A DNA stretch of 53,281 nt. Source: an uncultured Bacillota bacterium (GTDB lineage Bacteria; Bacillota; DTU084). Position 1 is the stretch's first letter. Every line of letters begins with the position of its first letter. Position numbers and translations under genes: made by a program. The stretch spans positions 1-53,281 of the forward strand of contig CALASN010000080.1 of NCBI GenBank assembly GCA_937888735.1. The letters are read 5' to 3'. This document shows, piece after piece, positions 38,184-47,883 of the stretch. Below the pieces are notes generated by a model. The model was given only the letters and a program-made list of their open reading frames with translations, was not told the origin of the DNA and ran no database searches.

Positions 38184-39461
38184 TTATTCCGCAGCGGTCA
38201 ACTTTACCCCTTGCGCTCGCAAGACGGCTCTGATCGCCTGGGGATCCAAGTCCGGCGGCTGAATGCGTTTTTCCACGGCTAAGGAGCCGGCGATTCCCGC
38301 GGCCTGTCCCAGGGCCATGGCGATATTCATCACCCTGAAGGAAGCGTGGGCGTCGTGTGTTCCGCCGATGGCGCGGCCTGTGAGCAGAAGATTAGTCGCT
38401 CCTTGCGGCAGGAGCGCGCCGTAGGGAATGGAGTAAGGTTTAACCCGGGCGGCCACTCCTTCGGCTTGCCCTCCTCCCGCGGGATTGTGAATGTCGATGC
38501 AGAATTCGGCTTCTTCCACCACAGCGTCAGGGAAGCGCCTGCCTGTCAAAAGATCGTCCCGCTGCAGAATTACCTTCGTCTGAGGACGTCTGCTCTCCCG
38601 GACGCCCAGGGTGCCGGGAGTAATCTTCAGCCGGCAATTTTCGCAGCCAGGAGCGTACTTATGCAAAAAAGCGACGACCTTATCGATCTGCCGGCGCAAG
38701 TCAACTTCCGCTCTGCCTACGGCCAACGGATCCGTGCCGTCCACGCCGCATAGCTGCGTGGCGTTCACCACCCGCTCGTCTGGATTGGGCCCGTGATACA
38801 AACGGACGATGGTCACGTTCACAGGCAGTTCTCCTTCTTCGCTGGCCTTTTGGCAGACGTCAAGATAATCTCCCCTGGGAGTGGGCACGTGATGTTCTTC
38901 TGATTCACAGGTGATGGCGTCTTCCTTCACGCCGGAGACAACGAACATCAGGCTCGCAGGTTGAACCTCGCCGTCGCAGCTTCGTCCTTGAACAAACGGC
39001 ACGCCGGCGAAGGCCGCCAAGTCCGCGTCTGCGGTTGCGTCGATGAAGACCTTGCTCCGGAGGCAAGCCAAGCCTTTTTTGCCGCCGATGACGACGCCTG
39101 TCAGGCGAGCTTCTTCCCGCACCGCATCAACCACCGGAGCCTGGAGCATGATTTCCGCTCCCGCCTCGGAGACCCAGGCTGCCAGTTTGCCCTTAGCTGT
39201 CTCGTGATCGAAGTATCTGGCCCCGCCCAGAAGTTCTCTTACCTCGTCAGCCATGGTTCCGGGAGCAGTATGGCCCAAGAGAGGCGCGACAACGCCGACC
39301 GTTAAATTCCCTCCCAGGACGCCATAGCGTTCGACCAAAAGGGTCTTCGCTCCCCTGCGGGCGCTGGCCACGGCCGCGCACACGCCGGACGGTCCGCCGC
39401 CGGCCACCACGACATCCCAGGTCCCTAAGACAGGAATCTGTCTGGTGAATTGCATTGTCAC
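38184..39461 (-). CDS. FAD-dependent oxidoreductase (FAD_oxidored family)
   Basis: Dinucleotide-binding DVVVAGGGPSGVCAAVASARRGAKTLLVERYGVLGGN. There is a 4-nt overlap with the upstream GH2 gene. Confidence 0.8.
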   Translation of the reverse strand: MTMQFTRQIPVLGTWDVVVAGGGPSGVCAAVASARRGAKTLLVERYGVLGGNLTVGVVAPLLGHTAPGTMADEVRELLGGARYFDHETAKGKLAAWVSEAGAEIMLQAPVVDAVREEARLTGVVIGGKKGLACLRSKVFIDATADADLAAFAGVPFVQGRSCDGEVQPASLMFVVSGVKEDAITCESEEHHVPTPRGDYLDVCQKASEEGELPVNVTIVRLYHGPNPDERVVNATQLCGVDGTDPLAVGRAEVDLRRQIDKVVAFLHKYAPGCENCRLKITPGTLGVRESRRPQTKVILQRDDLLTGRRFPDAVVEEAEFCIDIHNPAGGGQAEGVAARVKPYSIPYGALLPQGATNLLLTGRAIGGTHDAHASFRVMNIAMALGQAAGIAGSLAVEKRIQPPDLDPQAIRAVLRAQGVKLTAAE

Positions 39462-41188
39462 TTCTCCTCTTCTTTTTCGTAGGCTGCAGGCTGCGAGTTG
39501 AGCCGGCGAATCGCAGCCTGCGGAAACTTCGGCTGTCTACCGTAAGTATAAAGGCCGTTGACTTCTTGTTCCACATCATACAGCTGCGTATAGCAAAAAC
39601 CGCAAATTTCGGGATTTTCCAGCAGCGCGCTGGTCAGTCCCCGGTACCGCTCAATGAACTCTTCCTCGCTGGCGGGCCGCTTGCCGTATCCCCAGGCTTT
39701 CTTGTCTTCTGCAGGCGCGCCCGGCTGCCACCAAATGCCGCCATACTCGCTGATCCAATAGGGCTGCCCTTCGTATTGCTCCTCCTGGGGATAATTAACG
39801 AAGACTTTGCCCTGGATAAAGTCCTGATAGCGCTGACGGAAAGTGACGGGATCCTGATCGTAATCGTGAACGTCGTACAGATCGGTGTCCACATGGACGT
39901 AGCCGCTGGTGTCGATCACGGGCCGCGTTGGATCCAGCTTTTTGGTGATTCCATAGACCGTGCGCACGAACTCCGGCTTATGGCCGCGATGACACACTCC
40001 CGGTCTTGTTTCATTCAGCGGGCACCAGCCGATGACTGCGGGATGATTGCGGTCCCGTTCCACAATCTCGCTCCACTCCGGCAGAAAGATTTGCAAAGCC
40101 TCGGGCTTGTCGATGGCAAGGCCCCAGCTGCCATGCTCGCCCCAGACCAAATAGCCGAGCCGATCCGCCCAATATAAAAACCTGGGTTCGAAAACTTTCT
40201 GATGGAGACGCGCTCCATTGAAGCCCAAAGCCAGGGAGCGCTCAATATCGGCTTTCAATTCCTCATCGGAAGGCGCGGTATAGATGCCGTCGGGATAATA
40301 ACCCTGGTCCAAAACCAGCCGCATGAAGAGCTTTTTCCCATTGATTCTCAGCCCGTCATGCCAGGAAATGTCCCTGAGACCGAAGTAGCTGCGGACTTGA
40401 TCCGAACTGCCGTCCTGCCCCGCAACTTCCAGCTGCAAATCGTAAAGATTGGGCGTCCCCGGAGCCCAAGGATGGGCTGCGGCTAATGGTAAGGCGAGCT
40501 GAAAATGACCGCCGCGGGTTTTAACGGCGCCTTGAGCCAAGCACTTGCCGGCAAAGGTGGCTGTGGCCTTCACTTCGCCTCCGCCTCCCGCCAGCCGTCC
40601 TTCTATAAAAAGAGAAGCGTTCGCGAGATCCGGCGCCAGTTTCGCAGACGCCAGATATGTCTGGGGCACAGCCTCGAGCCACACGGTCTGCCAGATGCCT
40701 GTGGTACGGGTATAATCGCAGCCCTGGGATTCATAAGCCTCACACTGTTTGCCCCTTGGCTGCAGCCACAGGCGATTGTCATCTTCGGCGCAAACCACGA
40801 TGGTGTTTTCTCCCCGCTGCAGGAAGGATGTGATCTCAAACTGAAAGGATGAATAACCTCCCCGATGCGTACCCACTGTTTTGCCGTTCAGCCAGACCTC
40901 CGTCTGATAATCCACAGCTCCGAAGTGGAGGATGACTCTTCGCCCCCGCCAGTCCTCCGGCAGCCGAAAAGTTCTGCGGTACCAGACGCTGGGCATGAAG
41001 TCCCGATAGCCGATACCTGAGAGGGCGCTCTCCGGACAGAAGGGAACCAAAATCTTGTCCGTCCACTCCAATTCCCGTTCCCTGCCGCTGCGGCCGAAGT
41101 CAAAGGCAAAATCCCAGGCGCCATTGAGGTTAAGCCAGGCTTGCCGCTGAAAATCAGGCCTTGGATGTTCGGGTCTTGGGATCTGCAT
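39458..41188 (-). CDS. glycoside hydrolase family 2 protein (beta-galactosidase/glucuronidase-like)
   Basis: Sugar-binding domain (VILHFGAVDYQTEVWLNGKTVGTHRGGYSSFQFEIT) and TIM barrel with NHPAVIGWCPLNE. ATG at 41188 lies 8 nt after AAGGAG. The ORF track starts at GTG 41197. Confidence 0.8.
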   Translation of the reverse strand: MQIPRPEHPRPDFQRQAWLNLNGAWDFAFDFGRSGRERELEWTDKILVPFCPESALSGIGYRDFMPSVWYRRTFRLPEDWRGRRVILHFGAVDYQTEVWLNGKTVGTHRGGYSSFQFEITSFLQRGENTIVVCAEDDNRLWLQPRGKQCEAYESQGCDYTRTTGIWQTVWLEAVPQTYLASAKLAPDLANASLFIEGRLAGGGGEVKATATFAGKCLAQGAVKTRGGHFQLALPLAAAHPWAPGTPNLYDLQLEVAGQDGSSDQVRSYFGLRDISWHDGLRINGKKLFMRLVLDQGYYPDGIYTAPSDEELKADIERSLALGFNGARLHQKVFEPRFLYWADRLGYLVWGEHGSWGLAIDKPEALQIFLPEWSEIVERDRNHPAVIGWCPLNETRPGVCHRGHKPEFVRTVYGITKKLDPTRPVIDTSGYVHVDTDLYDVHDYDQDPVTFRQRYQDFIQGKVFVNYPQEEQYEGQPYWISEYGGIWWQPGAPAEDKKAWGYGKRPASEEEFIERYRGLTSALLENPEICGFCYTQLYDVEQEVNGLYTYGRQPKFPQAAIRRLNSQPAAYEKEEEK

Positions 41189-41240
41189 CCGAATCACTCC
41201 TTAACTATAAAATTAATTAAATAATCCATAACTCAAGTAC

Positions 41241-41269
41241 ATAATAACCACTTTATATAGGCTTGTCAA
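41241..41269 (-). promoter_or_regulatory. sigma-A promoter of the GH2/oxidoreductase operon (-35 TTGACA, 17 nt, -10 TATTAT)
   Basis: On the minus strand, TTGACA is at 41269-41264 and TATTAT at 41246-41241. Confidence 0.5.
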
Positions 41270-41646
41270 GAAGTGGAAACAAAGAATTCTTCTAATGAAG
41301 ATTAATTAATTAACTTTTAAGTTAATATAATGTGCAAGCAGCGGCGACAACTCACGGCTCCGACATAAAAGCGCAGGAGCCGGCTTTGAAATAAAGTACG
41401 AAAAATTTCTTTGGAAGGAGCATGAGCTTGCGAACTGCTCACTGCCGTAATTGCAGGGGTACTTTGCTCTTTATTCCAACTCCAGGCTTGAGAATAAGCG
41501 CTCACGGCATTTACGCCGCTAAAGGGGGCCGGCTGTCAGACGGCTCCGGGAACCCGTGGACATGCAAGGGCAAACCGCCCGATGAAGAGCCCAACAACAT
41601 TTATGAGCGCAATTACACGATAGCGACGTTTATTTCGATTCCCAGA

Positions 41647-41676
41647 CAAAAAATGCGGAGCGCTTTCATGCTCCGC
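41647..41676 (-). terminator. rho-independent terminator closing the 48.4-41.7 kb operon
   Basis: On the minus strand, GCGGAGC-loop-GCTCCGC followed by ATTTTTTG. It starts 7 nt after the stop at 41683. Confidence 0.65.
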
Positions 41677-41682
41677 AGGCCG

Positions 41683-43707
41683 CTATTTATACTGTACGGC
41701 GTAGAGGTGATCGTTCGTGCTGCCGACGTAGGCCACGCCTTCTGAAACAACGGGCGCGCTGAAAATGAACGCGTCCGCCAGTTTCAGCTTCCACTTCCGC
41801 TCCCCTGTCCCGAGGTCGAAGGCGGCCAGGCTCCCCCAGCAGGTATTGGTAACGCCCACCTGCCCGTCGGCGGCGATTTTGGCGTCGTAAATGCTTTCGC
41901 CTGCGCTGCCGCTCCAAATTGTCTGCCCGGTTTCGCCGTCCAGCGCATAGACTTTTCCGTCCAGAGAGGCGACCAGGATTCGGTCTTGCCAAAGGGCTGG
42001 CGAACAAAAGCCCGCCTTGACGCTTTCAGCCTGCCACAGTTTCTCCCCTGTAAGAAGGTCCAAAGCGATCACGCGATTCCTGGGCGTGGTGATGATCAGC
42101 TTCCCTGAGGCAACCAGCGGGTCGCCAGTTGCCGGCGCATAGTAAAAGCTGCTGTCGATCTGCTTTTGCCAGATCAAAGCTCCAGTATCCGCGGCCAGGC
42201 AGGTGACGAGGCCGCCCCAGGATGTGAAGTATACTTTCCCGTCTGCGATAGCCGGCTTCACCTTAATCAGATTGCCGTCTTCGCTCTGCCAAACGAGCTT
42301 ACCCGTGGCTGCGTCCAGACAATACAAAAAGGCAGGCCCGCCCAGATAAAGTTTCCCTTGGCTAATCGCGGGCGACGCGGTAATCGGCTCTCCCACATCC
42401 CGACTCCAAAGCTCTGCGCCGCTTGCGGCGGCCACAGCGTAAATCTTCCCGTCCTGGGAGCCGAAATACACCCCGCCTTCCCAAAGCAAGGGCGAAGAGA
42501 GAATAGGCCCGGCTGTGGGGAAGGACCAGCTGAGCGTGCCCGTTAGCTTCTCTAAAGCGTACATCTTACCGTCATGAGAGCCAAAGTAGACATTGCGCTC
42601 GTCAGCGGCGGGCGAGGAGAAAATTGAGCCGCCGGTTTTGTATGTCCACAGGACCCGCGGCAAGCTTGTCTCCTTGGAAGGAAGGACCGCGACTGTTCTC
42701 TGCTCCTGATAAAGCTCGGAGCCCTTATGCCCGCGCACAAAGAGGGTTTGCGTGCCAGCGTATGCCGTGACGATGCTCCCGCTCCAAAAATTGCCCGAAC
42801 CCTCCAGAGCCTTCCAGACGCCGCCAAGTTTTACTTGGACGCTGTCCAGGGGGATGCTGGAGGTGACGGTGAGGGCAAAGGCTTCGGACTGACGGATTTG
42901 CTCCGGCTGGCTCACGATAAAGCTGACGGCCGTCTTTTGCGTCTTGCGGACGGGGACTTCGAAGTCTAATCTGGCTGCCTGCCCCAATTGTTTCCGAAAG
43001 ACGGCTGCCTTGTCCGCTGTCACATCAACGATTGCGTACTCGCCCAGCATCGCGGCCCTGGTCATAGAAAATTCCCGGCCTTGAATTTGCCAGCGGCGCC
43101 AGCTGTGCCCGTGACCGGACATGGCCAGAACCAAATTGGCGGGCAAGAGTCTTTCTATCGCTTCCCATTCGTTATCTGTATATCGGACGCTGAAGCCCAA
43201 CGGATGATGGCTGAAAACCCAAAGGGGAGCGTCGGGTCCGATTTGCGCCAACCGCGCGTCCAGCCACTGGAGCTGTGCGGACTCGATGTGTCCATAAGCT
43301 TCGGGCACAAACGACGTATCCAGAAGGAGGAAATGCTGGCCCTGATAGACAAAGTGCGAGTAAGTGGGACCCAGGCGCTTGATAAAGTCCTGTTTGCCCC
43401 TGGCGGCCCATCTGCTCTCGTGATTGCCTGGCACGTGATAAACTGGGATTCCGGCCTCCGCAAGGGGTTTGATCTCCGCGAGATACCTCTCGTATTCCCA
43501 ATCCAATCCCGTCTCCACCAGATCGCCGCTGACGATGACAAAAGCGGGCTTCGGCTCAAGTGCCGCCACTTCCCGGACAATGCCTGCCAGCGCTTTATTG
43601 CCCTGTTCGTACCTGCCGCCGTGGCTGTCTGTGATTTGTACGAAGCGAAAGTCTGCACGCGCATTTGCCGCCGTAAGCAGCAGCAACAAACAAAGTAATT
43701 TTTTCAT
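41683..43707 (-). CDS. secreted metallophosphoesterase fused to a PQQ-like (BamB-type) beta-propeller
   Basis: Signal peptide MKKLLCLLLLLTAANARA. Calcineurin-like motifs are DSHGG, GDLVE, GNHE and GHGH. There are at least 6 repeats of the type YA(L/V)D..TG...W. Confidence 0.8.
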   Translation of the reverse strand: MKKLLCLLLLLTAANARADFRFVQITDSHGGRYEQGNKALAGIVREVAALEPKPAFVIVSGDLVETGLDWEYERYLAEIKPLAEAGIPVYHVPGNHESRWAARGKQDFIKRLGPTYSHFVYQGQHFLLLDTSFVPEAYGHIESAQLQWLDARLAQIGPDAPLWVFSHHPLGFSVRYTDNEWEAIERLLPANLVLAMSGHGHSWRRWQIQGREFSMTRAAMLGEYAIVDVTADKAAVFRKQLGQAARLDFEVPVRKTQKTAVSFIVSQPEQIRQSEAFALTVTSSIPLDSVQVKLGGVWKALEGSGNFWSGSIVTAYAGTQTLFVRGHKGSELYQEQRTVAVLPSKETSLPRVLWTYKTGGSIFSSPAADERNVYFGSHDGKMYALEKLTGTLSWSFPTAGPILSSPLLWEGGVYFGSQDGKIYAVAAASGAELWSRDVGEPITASPAISQGKLYLGGPAFLYCLDAATGKLVWQSEDGNLIKVKPAIADGKVYFTSWGGLVTCLAADTGALIWQKQIDSSFYYAPATGDPLVASGKLIITTPRNRVIALDLLTGEKLWQAESVKAGFCSPALWQDRILVASLDGKVYALDGETGQTIWSGSAGESIYDAKIAADGQVGVTNTCWGSLAAFDLGTGERKWKLKLADAFIFSAPVVSEGVAYVGSTNDHLYAVQYK

Positions 43708-43732
43708 CTTCAGGCGCCTCCGTCCGCTCCGT

Positions 43733-46255
43733 TTATAGATTTTGGGTTTTGATCATCTTCACAAATACAGGCACCAGGTGGGGGTCAAATTGGCTCCCAG
43801 CCAGAGCGGTCATTTCTCTTAAAGCATCTTCTTTAGAACGCGCTTTCCGGTACGGCCGGTCGCTGGTCATGGCGTGAAAAGCGTCGGCTATGGCCAGGAT
43901 CCTAGCTTCCAAAGGAATGTTTTCCTTTTTCAGCCTGTCCGGATACCCGTTGCCGTCATACTGCTCATGATGGTGACGAATGATTGCGGCCAAACCTCGC
44001 AGATACGGCATTTGATTGAGGATGGCCTCGCCGATTGTGACGTGATAATTGATCATCTCTCGTTCGGAAGCGGTCAGCGGCCCGGGCTTGTTGAGCACGT
44101 TTTCCGGAATGCCGATTTTTCCTATATCGTGCAGCATGGCCGCGTTATTGATTATCTGCTTGTGCTCGTAAGAAAGGCCAAGCGCTTCGGCTAAGGCGAC
44201 GGCATATTGCGTCACCATTTTCGAGTGCTGGTAAGTGTAATTGTCCCGGGCGTAAATGGCGGCGGCCAGCGTGTAGATGGTATCAAGCTGCATCCCTTTT
44301 ACTTGTTCTTTCAGAAAATCCTTTTCCGCCTGCGAGGCGGTCTCAGACACTCCGCTGGCAACGGCGATTTCCGCGGAGGTGCCGAGGGTGATGTGATTTC
44401 TGCCGAAATTCTTAGCTTTGTAAAGGGCTCGATCCGCAGACGCGATCAACTGCTGCTTGGTTTGGCCGTGCTCAGGATAAGCCGCCACGCCCAGGCTGGT
44501 TGTTAAAAGCGAAGAGCCGGAGCTTTGGAAGTTCAGGCAGACTCTCTCCTTGATTTTCTCTGCGATCTCCTTAGCCTCTTCCAAATCCGTCTCCGGCAAG
44601 ATCACGGCGAATTCGTCTCCCCCATAGCGAGCCGCCACATCGGAGACACGAATTGATTCCGTCAGCGCCTGGGCGATCTTAATCAGGGCGTCGTCTCCCG
44701 CCAGGTGTCCATAGACGTCATTGTAGGTCTTAAAGAAGTCCAGGTCAAGCAAAATCACGGAAAAGCACAGCCCGCTCTTGGCACAGCGGGAGATTTCATT
44801 GTCAAGGAATTCCTGCAGGTAACGGAAATTATAGAGTTTGGTCAGATCGTCGCGCACAGCCTGGCTTCTCACTTCCCGATAGATCTGCGCGTTCTGCAAG
44901 ACCACCGCCGCTTGATTGGTCAGGGTAACCAACAGCGCCTTATCGTCATCAGTATAGGGACTCTTGCTTTTTTTGTCTGCTAGAAGGAGAATGCCTTGGA
45001 GATTGTTTTGAAAGTTGATCCCCACCAAAAGTTCCGCGCCTAGCTGCTGCAGGTGGTCTTTTTCGCGCTGCCACAATCCTCTGAATTCCGGCAAATTTTC
45101 GATCTCCTGCCAGCTGAGGATCGCTTCGTTTTGGCGTGAAAGCCAACGGACGATGACGCTGAGCTTATCCACTCTCATGGCCAGCACTTCCCGGGAGTAA
45201 CCCAGCTGATCGTGGGCGTAGAAATGTCCCTCTTCATCGGGCAGAAACAGAATAACTCCGTTCACATGCAGCGCTTTAACCAAAAGCAGCAATGTGGAGC
45301 TGGCAAGTTCGTCCAAATCCAAAATGGAGGTCATCAGCCTGCTGTAGTCTTTCAAAGTCTCGCGATAGTTATACTGTTCTCCGAATAACGTCCTGTCTAA
45401 CCAAGTTTGCAGTCCGTTTCTCAATCGTTCATAGCAAAGGAGCGTGAACAGCGCAATTATAAGCGCAGCCGCGGCGAAAGAATACGCGCCGTAGCTGAAG
45501 GCGTCGATTAAGAACAACAAAAGGTGATAAGAAACCGTCATCCCGATGAGCGTAATGAAAAAGACCAGGGCTTTGCGGATGGGAATGGTAGCGTTCAGCA
45601 GGCGATGACAGTAAATGGCATTGGCCAGCAAAAAGGCATTGACTGTGTTGGCCGCAATATCCACAGGGTATTTGCCGATCTGGGGGATGAAATTCAGCAT
45701 GCTGCCAACAACCACAAACATCGCGCCCAGAGCCGGATAGGAAAAACGATTTGACCAGAAAGGCTGGGCGCCTCTCAGGCATTCACGGCAGAGAAGCAGT
45801 CCGGCCACAAAAGTGTAACCTCCCCCGAAAACTCCCAGCAGCGGCGCAACCGGACCCAGGGAGTAGTCAAAATAACCCCTCGTGAGCGTGGCGCTTGGAA
45901 CGATCAGTCCCCGCCAGTTGGCAATGATCAAAAGCACTGAAAGCAAATAACCAATCCGAATATAAGGATTGGCCTTGTGGTCTAACAATTTTTGCGTGAA
46001 GTGAAAGAAAACAAACGGCACGCCGCAGGTACACATAACCATGATCCTGTTCCAAATCAGCGGACCCGGAGCCAGGGTGGTGCGCATGAGAAAAGAACTT
46101 AAACTCCAGACCATCATCATCAAAAGATAGTAAATAAATAATTTGGACAGCTGCGAGCGGGGACTTGTCCAGGCAAAGACCAAAAGCCCGCAATACGTTA
46201 TGAATGCCACTAAAGGGATGAGCAGCGGTAGATTATTTGCCAGTCCCGTTTCCAT
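43733..46255 (-). CDS. multi-TM sensor with GAF, GGDEF (diguanylate cyclase) and HD-GYP (c-di-GMP phosphodiesterase) domains
   Basis: About 7 N-terminal TM helices, then a GAF-like region. RVSDVAARYGGDEFAVIL gives an RxxD I-site plus GGDEF. HDIGKIGIP ... HHEQYDGNGYP gives HD-GYP. ATG at 46255 follows GGAAGG. The ORF track starts at TTG 46270. Confidence 0.85.
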   Translation of the reverse strand: METGLANNLPLLIPLVAFITYCGLLVFAWTSPRSQLSKLFIYYLLMMMVWSLSSFLMRTTLAPGPLIWNRIMVMCTCGVPFVFFHFTQKLLDHKANPYIRIGYLLSVLLIIANWRGLIVPSATLTRGYFDYSLGPVAPLLGVFGGGYTFVAGLLLCRECLRGAQPFWSNRFSYPALGAMFVVVGSMLNFIPQIGKYPVDIAANTVNAFLLANAIYCHRLLNATIPIRKALVFFITLIGMTVSYHLLLFLIDAFSYGAYSFAAAALIIALFTLLCYERLRNGLQTWLDRTLFGEQYNYRETLKDYSRLMTSILDLDELASSTLLLLVKALHVNGVILFLPDEEGHFYAHDQLGYSREVLAMRVDKLSVIVRWLSRQNEAILSWQEIENLPEFRGLWQREKDHLQQLGAELLVGINFQNNLQGILLLADKKSKSPYTDDDKALLVTLTNQAAVVLQNAQIYREVRSQAVRDDLTKLYNFRYLQEFLDNEISRCAKSGLCFSVILLDLDFFKTYNDVYGHLAGDDALIKIAQALTESIRVSDVAARYGGDEFAVILPETDLEEAKEIAEKIKERVCLNFQSSGSSLLTTSLGVAAYPEHGQTKQQLIASADRALYKAKNFGRNHITLGTSAEIAVASGVSETASQAEKDFLKEQVKGMQLDTIYTLAAAIYARDNYTYQHSKMVTQYAVALAEALGLSYEHKQIINNAAMLHDIGKIGIPENVLNKPGPLTASEREMINYHVTIGEAILNQMPYLRGLAAIIRHHHEQYDGNGYPDRLKKENIPLEARILAIADAFHAMTSDRPYRKARSKEDALREMTALAGSQFDPHLVPVFVKMIKTQNL

Positions 46256-47873
46256 TCCAATTCCTTCCAACGCTATTTTTTTCGGCTGCAGCTGCGACTA
46301 GCGCCATGATTTTGGCAGGGGGATTAATTCGGGCGCCCAGACCGGCCGCCCAACTGAACTCTCCCGTACCTGTTTGCTCCCTTAGCGAATTTAATGTGCC
46401 AAGGGGAATTGCCGTCACTTTCAAGGGACGATAGCCAACCATATTCCCTAAGTCGCGATAATCTGAATCTACTTCCCGCAGAGCCAAGTGGATTTTCTCT
46501 TCTAGCCGATCGATCTCTACGCTGTCGGGAAGCTCCAGCACCAGTTCGATTAAAGGGTGATTATCTGCAAAAGCCTTGTGAGCCAGCCAGTTCTGTTTGC
46601 CGATCCCCGCCAGAGACAACGCGTTGCCTAAAGTGCGCTCCGTGATTCTGGTGAAGCTGGCCAGATCGATCACGTCTTCCACGCGATCTTCGTAAAGAAT
46701 CTGCGGCAGATCTATTTTTAAGTTCTCGTTGCTGCGGCTCAAGACTTTAATCATATCCCCCAACCGATAGCGCACAAACGCACCGCCTTTAAAATTGGTC
46801 ACCACCAATTCATAGCGTCTGCCCGGCTTCAGTTCCGAAAGCAGGACCGTGCGCGGCGCATAACTAGGATCAGTCTGGCTTTTAGCGTGCTCGTCTTCGG
46901 GAATAAATTCCCAAAAATTCGCATCTGGAAACAACATCATCCCTTCGTAGTCCCAAGCTTGAGTGGCGGCAATTCCGATTTCCGTGCCGCCATAGATCTC
47001 CAGAGGTTTCACACCCCAGTAATATTCGATTCTTTCTTTGTAAAAGCTGGTGTCCGTTCCGGCGCACATGATCCCTTTGAGATTCCAAACATCTTTGGGT
47101 AAAAATTCCCGCTTGCTAATCTTGCTTTTCAGAAAGCCGCAGCTGAGTCTGAGCCAGGCTAAAAGATTCAATCCCTCTCCGCCTAAGGCCCTGATGCCCT
47201 GCTTGGCGAATTTTTCTCCGATCCGAACTAAAACTGCGGAAATGCCGAAGAACAAATCAATCCCCGTGTTGAGGCCAAGGCGGAACCCTTCCAAGTTCTG
47301 CCGGTCAAAATTCATCTTTTCCGCTTCCGCCAGCGGCGGCAGATAAGCAAAGGAAAATTCATCTTTTAAGTTATGCGGTACCATACCTGTAAGATAAGGC
47401 GGCGGCGCCATGGCGTAAAGAAATTTTGAGTTCTCTTTTAACGAAAAACTACCCTTCTTGTTGCAAATAGAAAAAATAATGGCAGCCACAAAATTCTTCA
47501 TGTGCGTCTGCACCCAGGCCGGCGGATAAGGAGCCCATTTTTGCTCGTAGGCTCCCGTTTTGCCGGATGTGCAAATCCAAAATTTAGGATCGCTGGGGAG
47601 AATATCTTCTCTCTTTTCCGCTAGATACGGCAGATAGTCTTCATAGGTAGTGAATGGAACAAGGCGGCGGAATTCTTCGCTATCTTTGGGTACAGTCTCT
47701 CCCAAGATTTTTTTGCCCAGAAAGCTTTTGGAAAGCAACTGCAGCTGTTCTTTCAGCAGGCGTTCCTGAATTTCCATGAATTCTGTTAGCGATAATTCCA
47801 CAAAGCCGCAGTATTTCAGCCAGGCATCGCCAGTTCGTCCTTCTTTTAATAACTCGCTGAGATTTGCCATCAA
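46233..47873 (-). CDS. GH3-family (auxin-responsive-promoter family) acyl-adenylate-forming enzyme
   Basis: ANL/GH3 motifs are TSGKTGAYEQKWAP (motif I), IYGGTEIG (motif II) and VRYRLGDMIKV (motif III). 546 aa. Confidence 0.8.
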   Translation of the reverse strand: MMANLSELLKEGRTGDAWLKYCGFVELSLTEFMEIQERLLKEQLQLLSKSFLGKKILGETVPKDSEEFRRLVPFTTYEDYLPYLAEKREDILPSDPKFWICTSGKTGAYEQKWAPYPPAWVQTHMKNFVAAIIFSICNKKGSFSLKENSKFLYAMAPPPYLTGMVPHNLKDEFSFAYLPPLAEAEKMNFDRQNLEGFRLGLNTGIDLFFGISAVLVRIGEKFAKQGIRALGGEGLNLLAWLRLSCGFLKSKISKREFLPKDVWNLKGIMCAGTDTSFYKERIEYYWGVKPLEIYGGTEIGIAATQAWDYEGMMLFPDANFWEFIPEDEHAKSQTDPSYAPRTVLLSELKPGRRYELVVTNFKGGAFVRYRLGDMIKVLSRSNENLKIDLPQILYEDRVEDVIDLASFTRITERTLGNALSLAGIGKQNWLAHKAFADNHPLIELVLELPDSVEIDRLEEKIHLALREVDSDYRDLGNMVGYRPLKVTAIPLGTLNSLREQTGTGEFSWAAGLGARINPPAKIMALVAAAAEKNSVGRNWNGNGTGK

Positions 47874-47883
47874 TATCCCCCTT

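Noticed and set aside
41340-41640. About 300-bp gene-free stretch with ORFs of 107 aa (+) and 62 aa (-). I considered a riboswitch, sRNA or small protein.
   Set aside because: It lies upstream of the GH2 promoter, so it is not a leader. I recognise no riboswitch consensus. The plus ORF has its GGAG only 1-2 nt from the ATG and runs into the convergent terminator and CDS. It may be degraded DNA.
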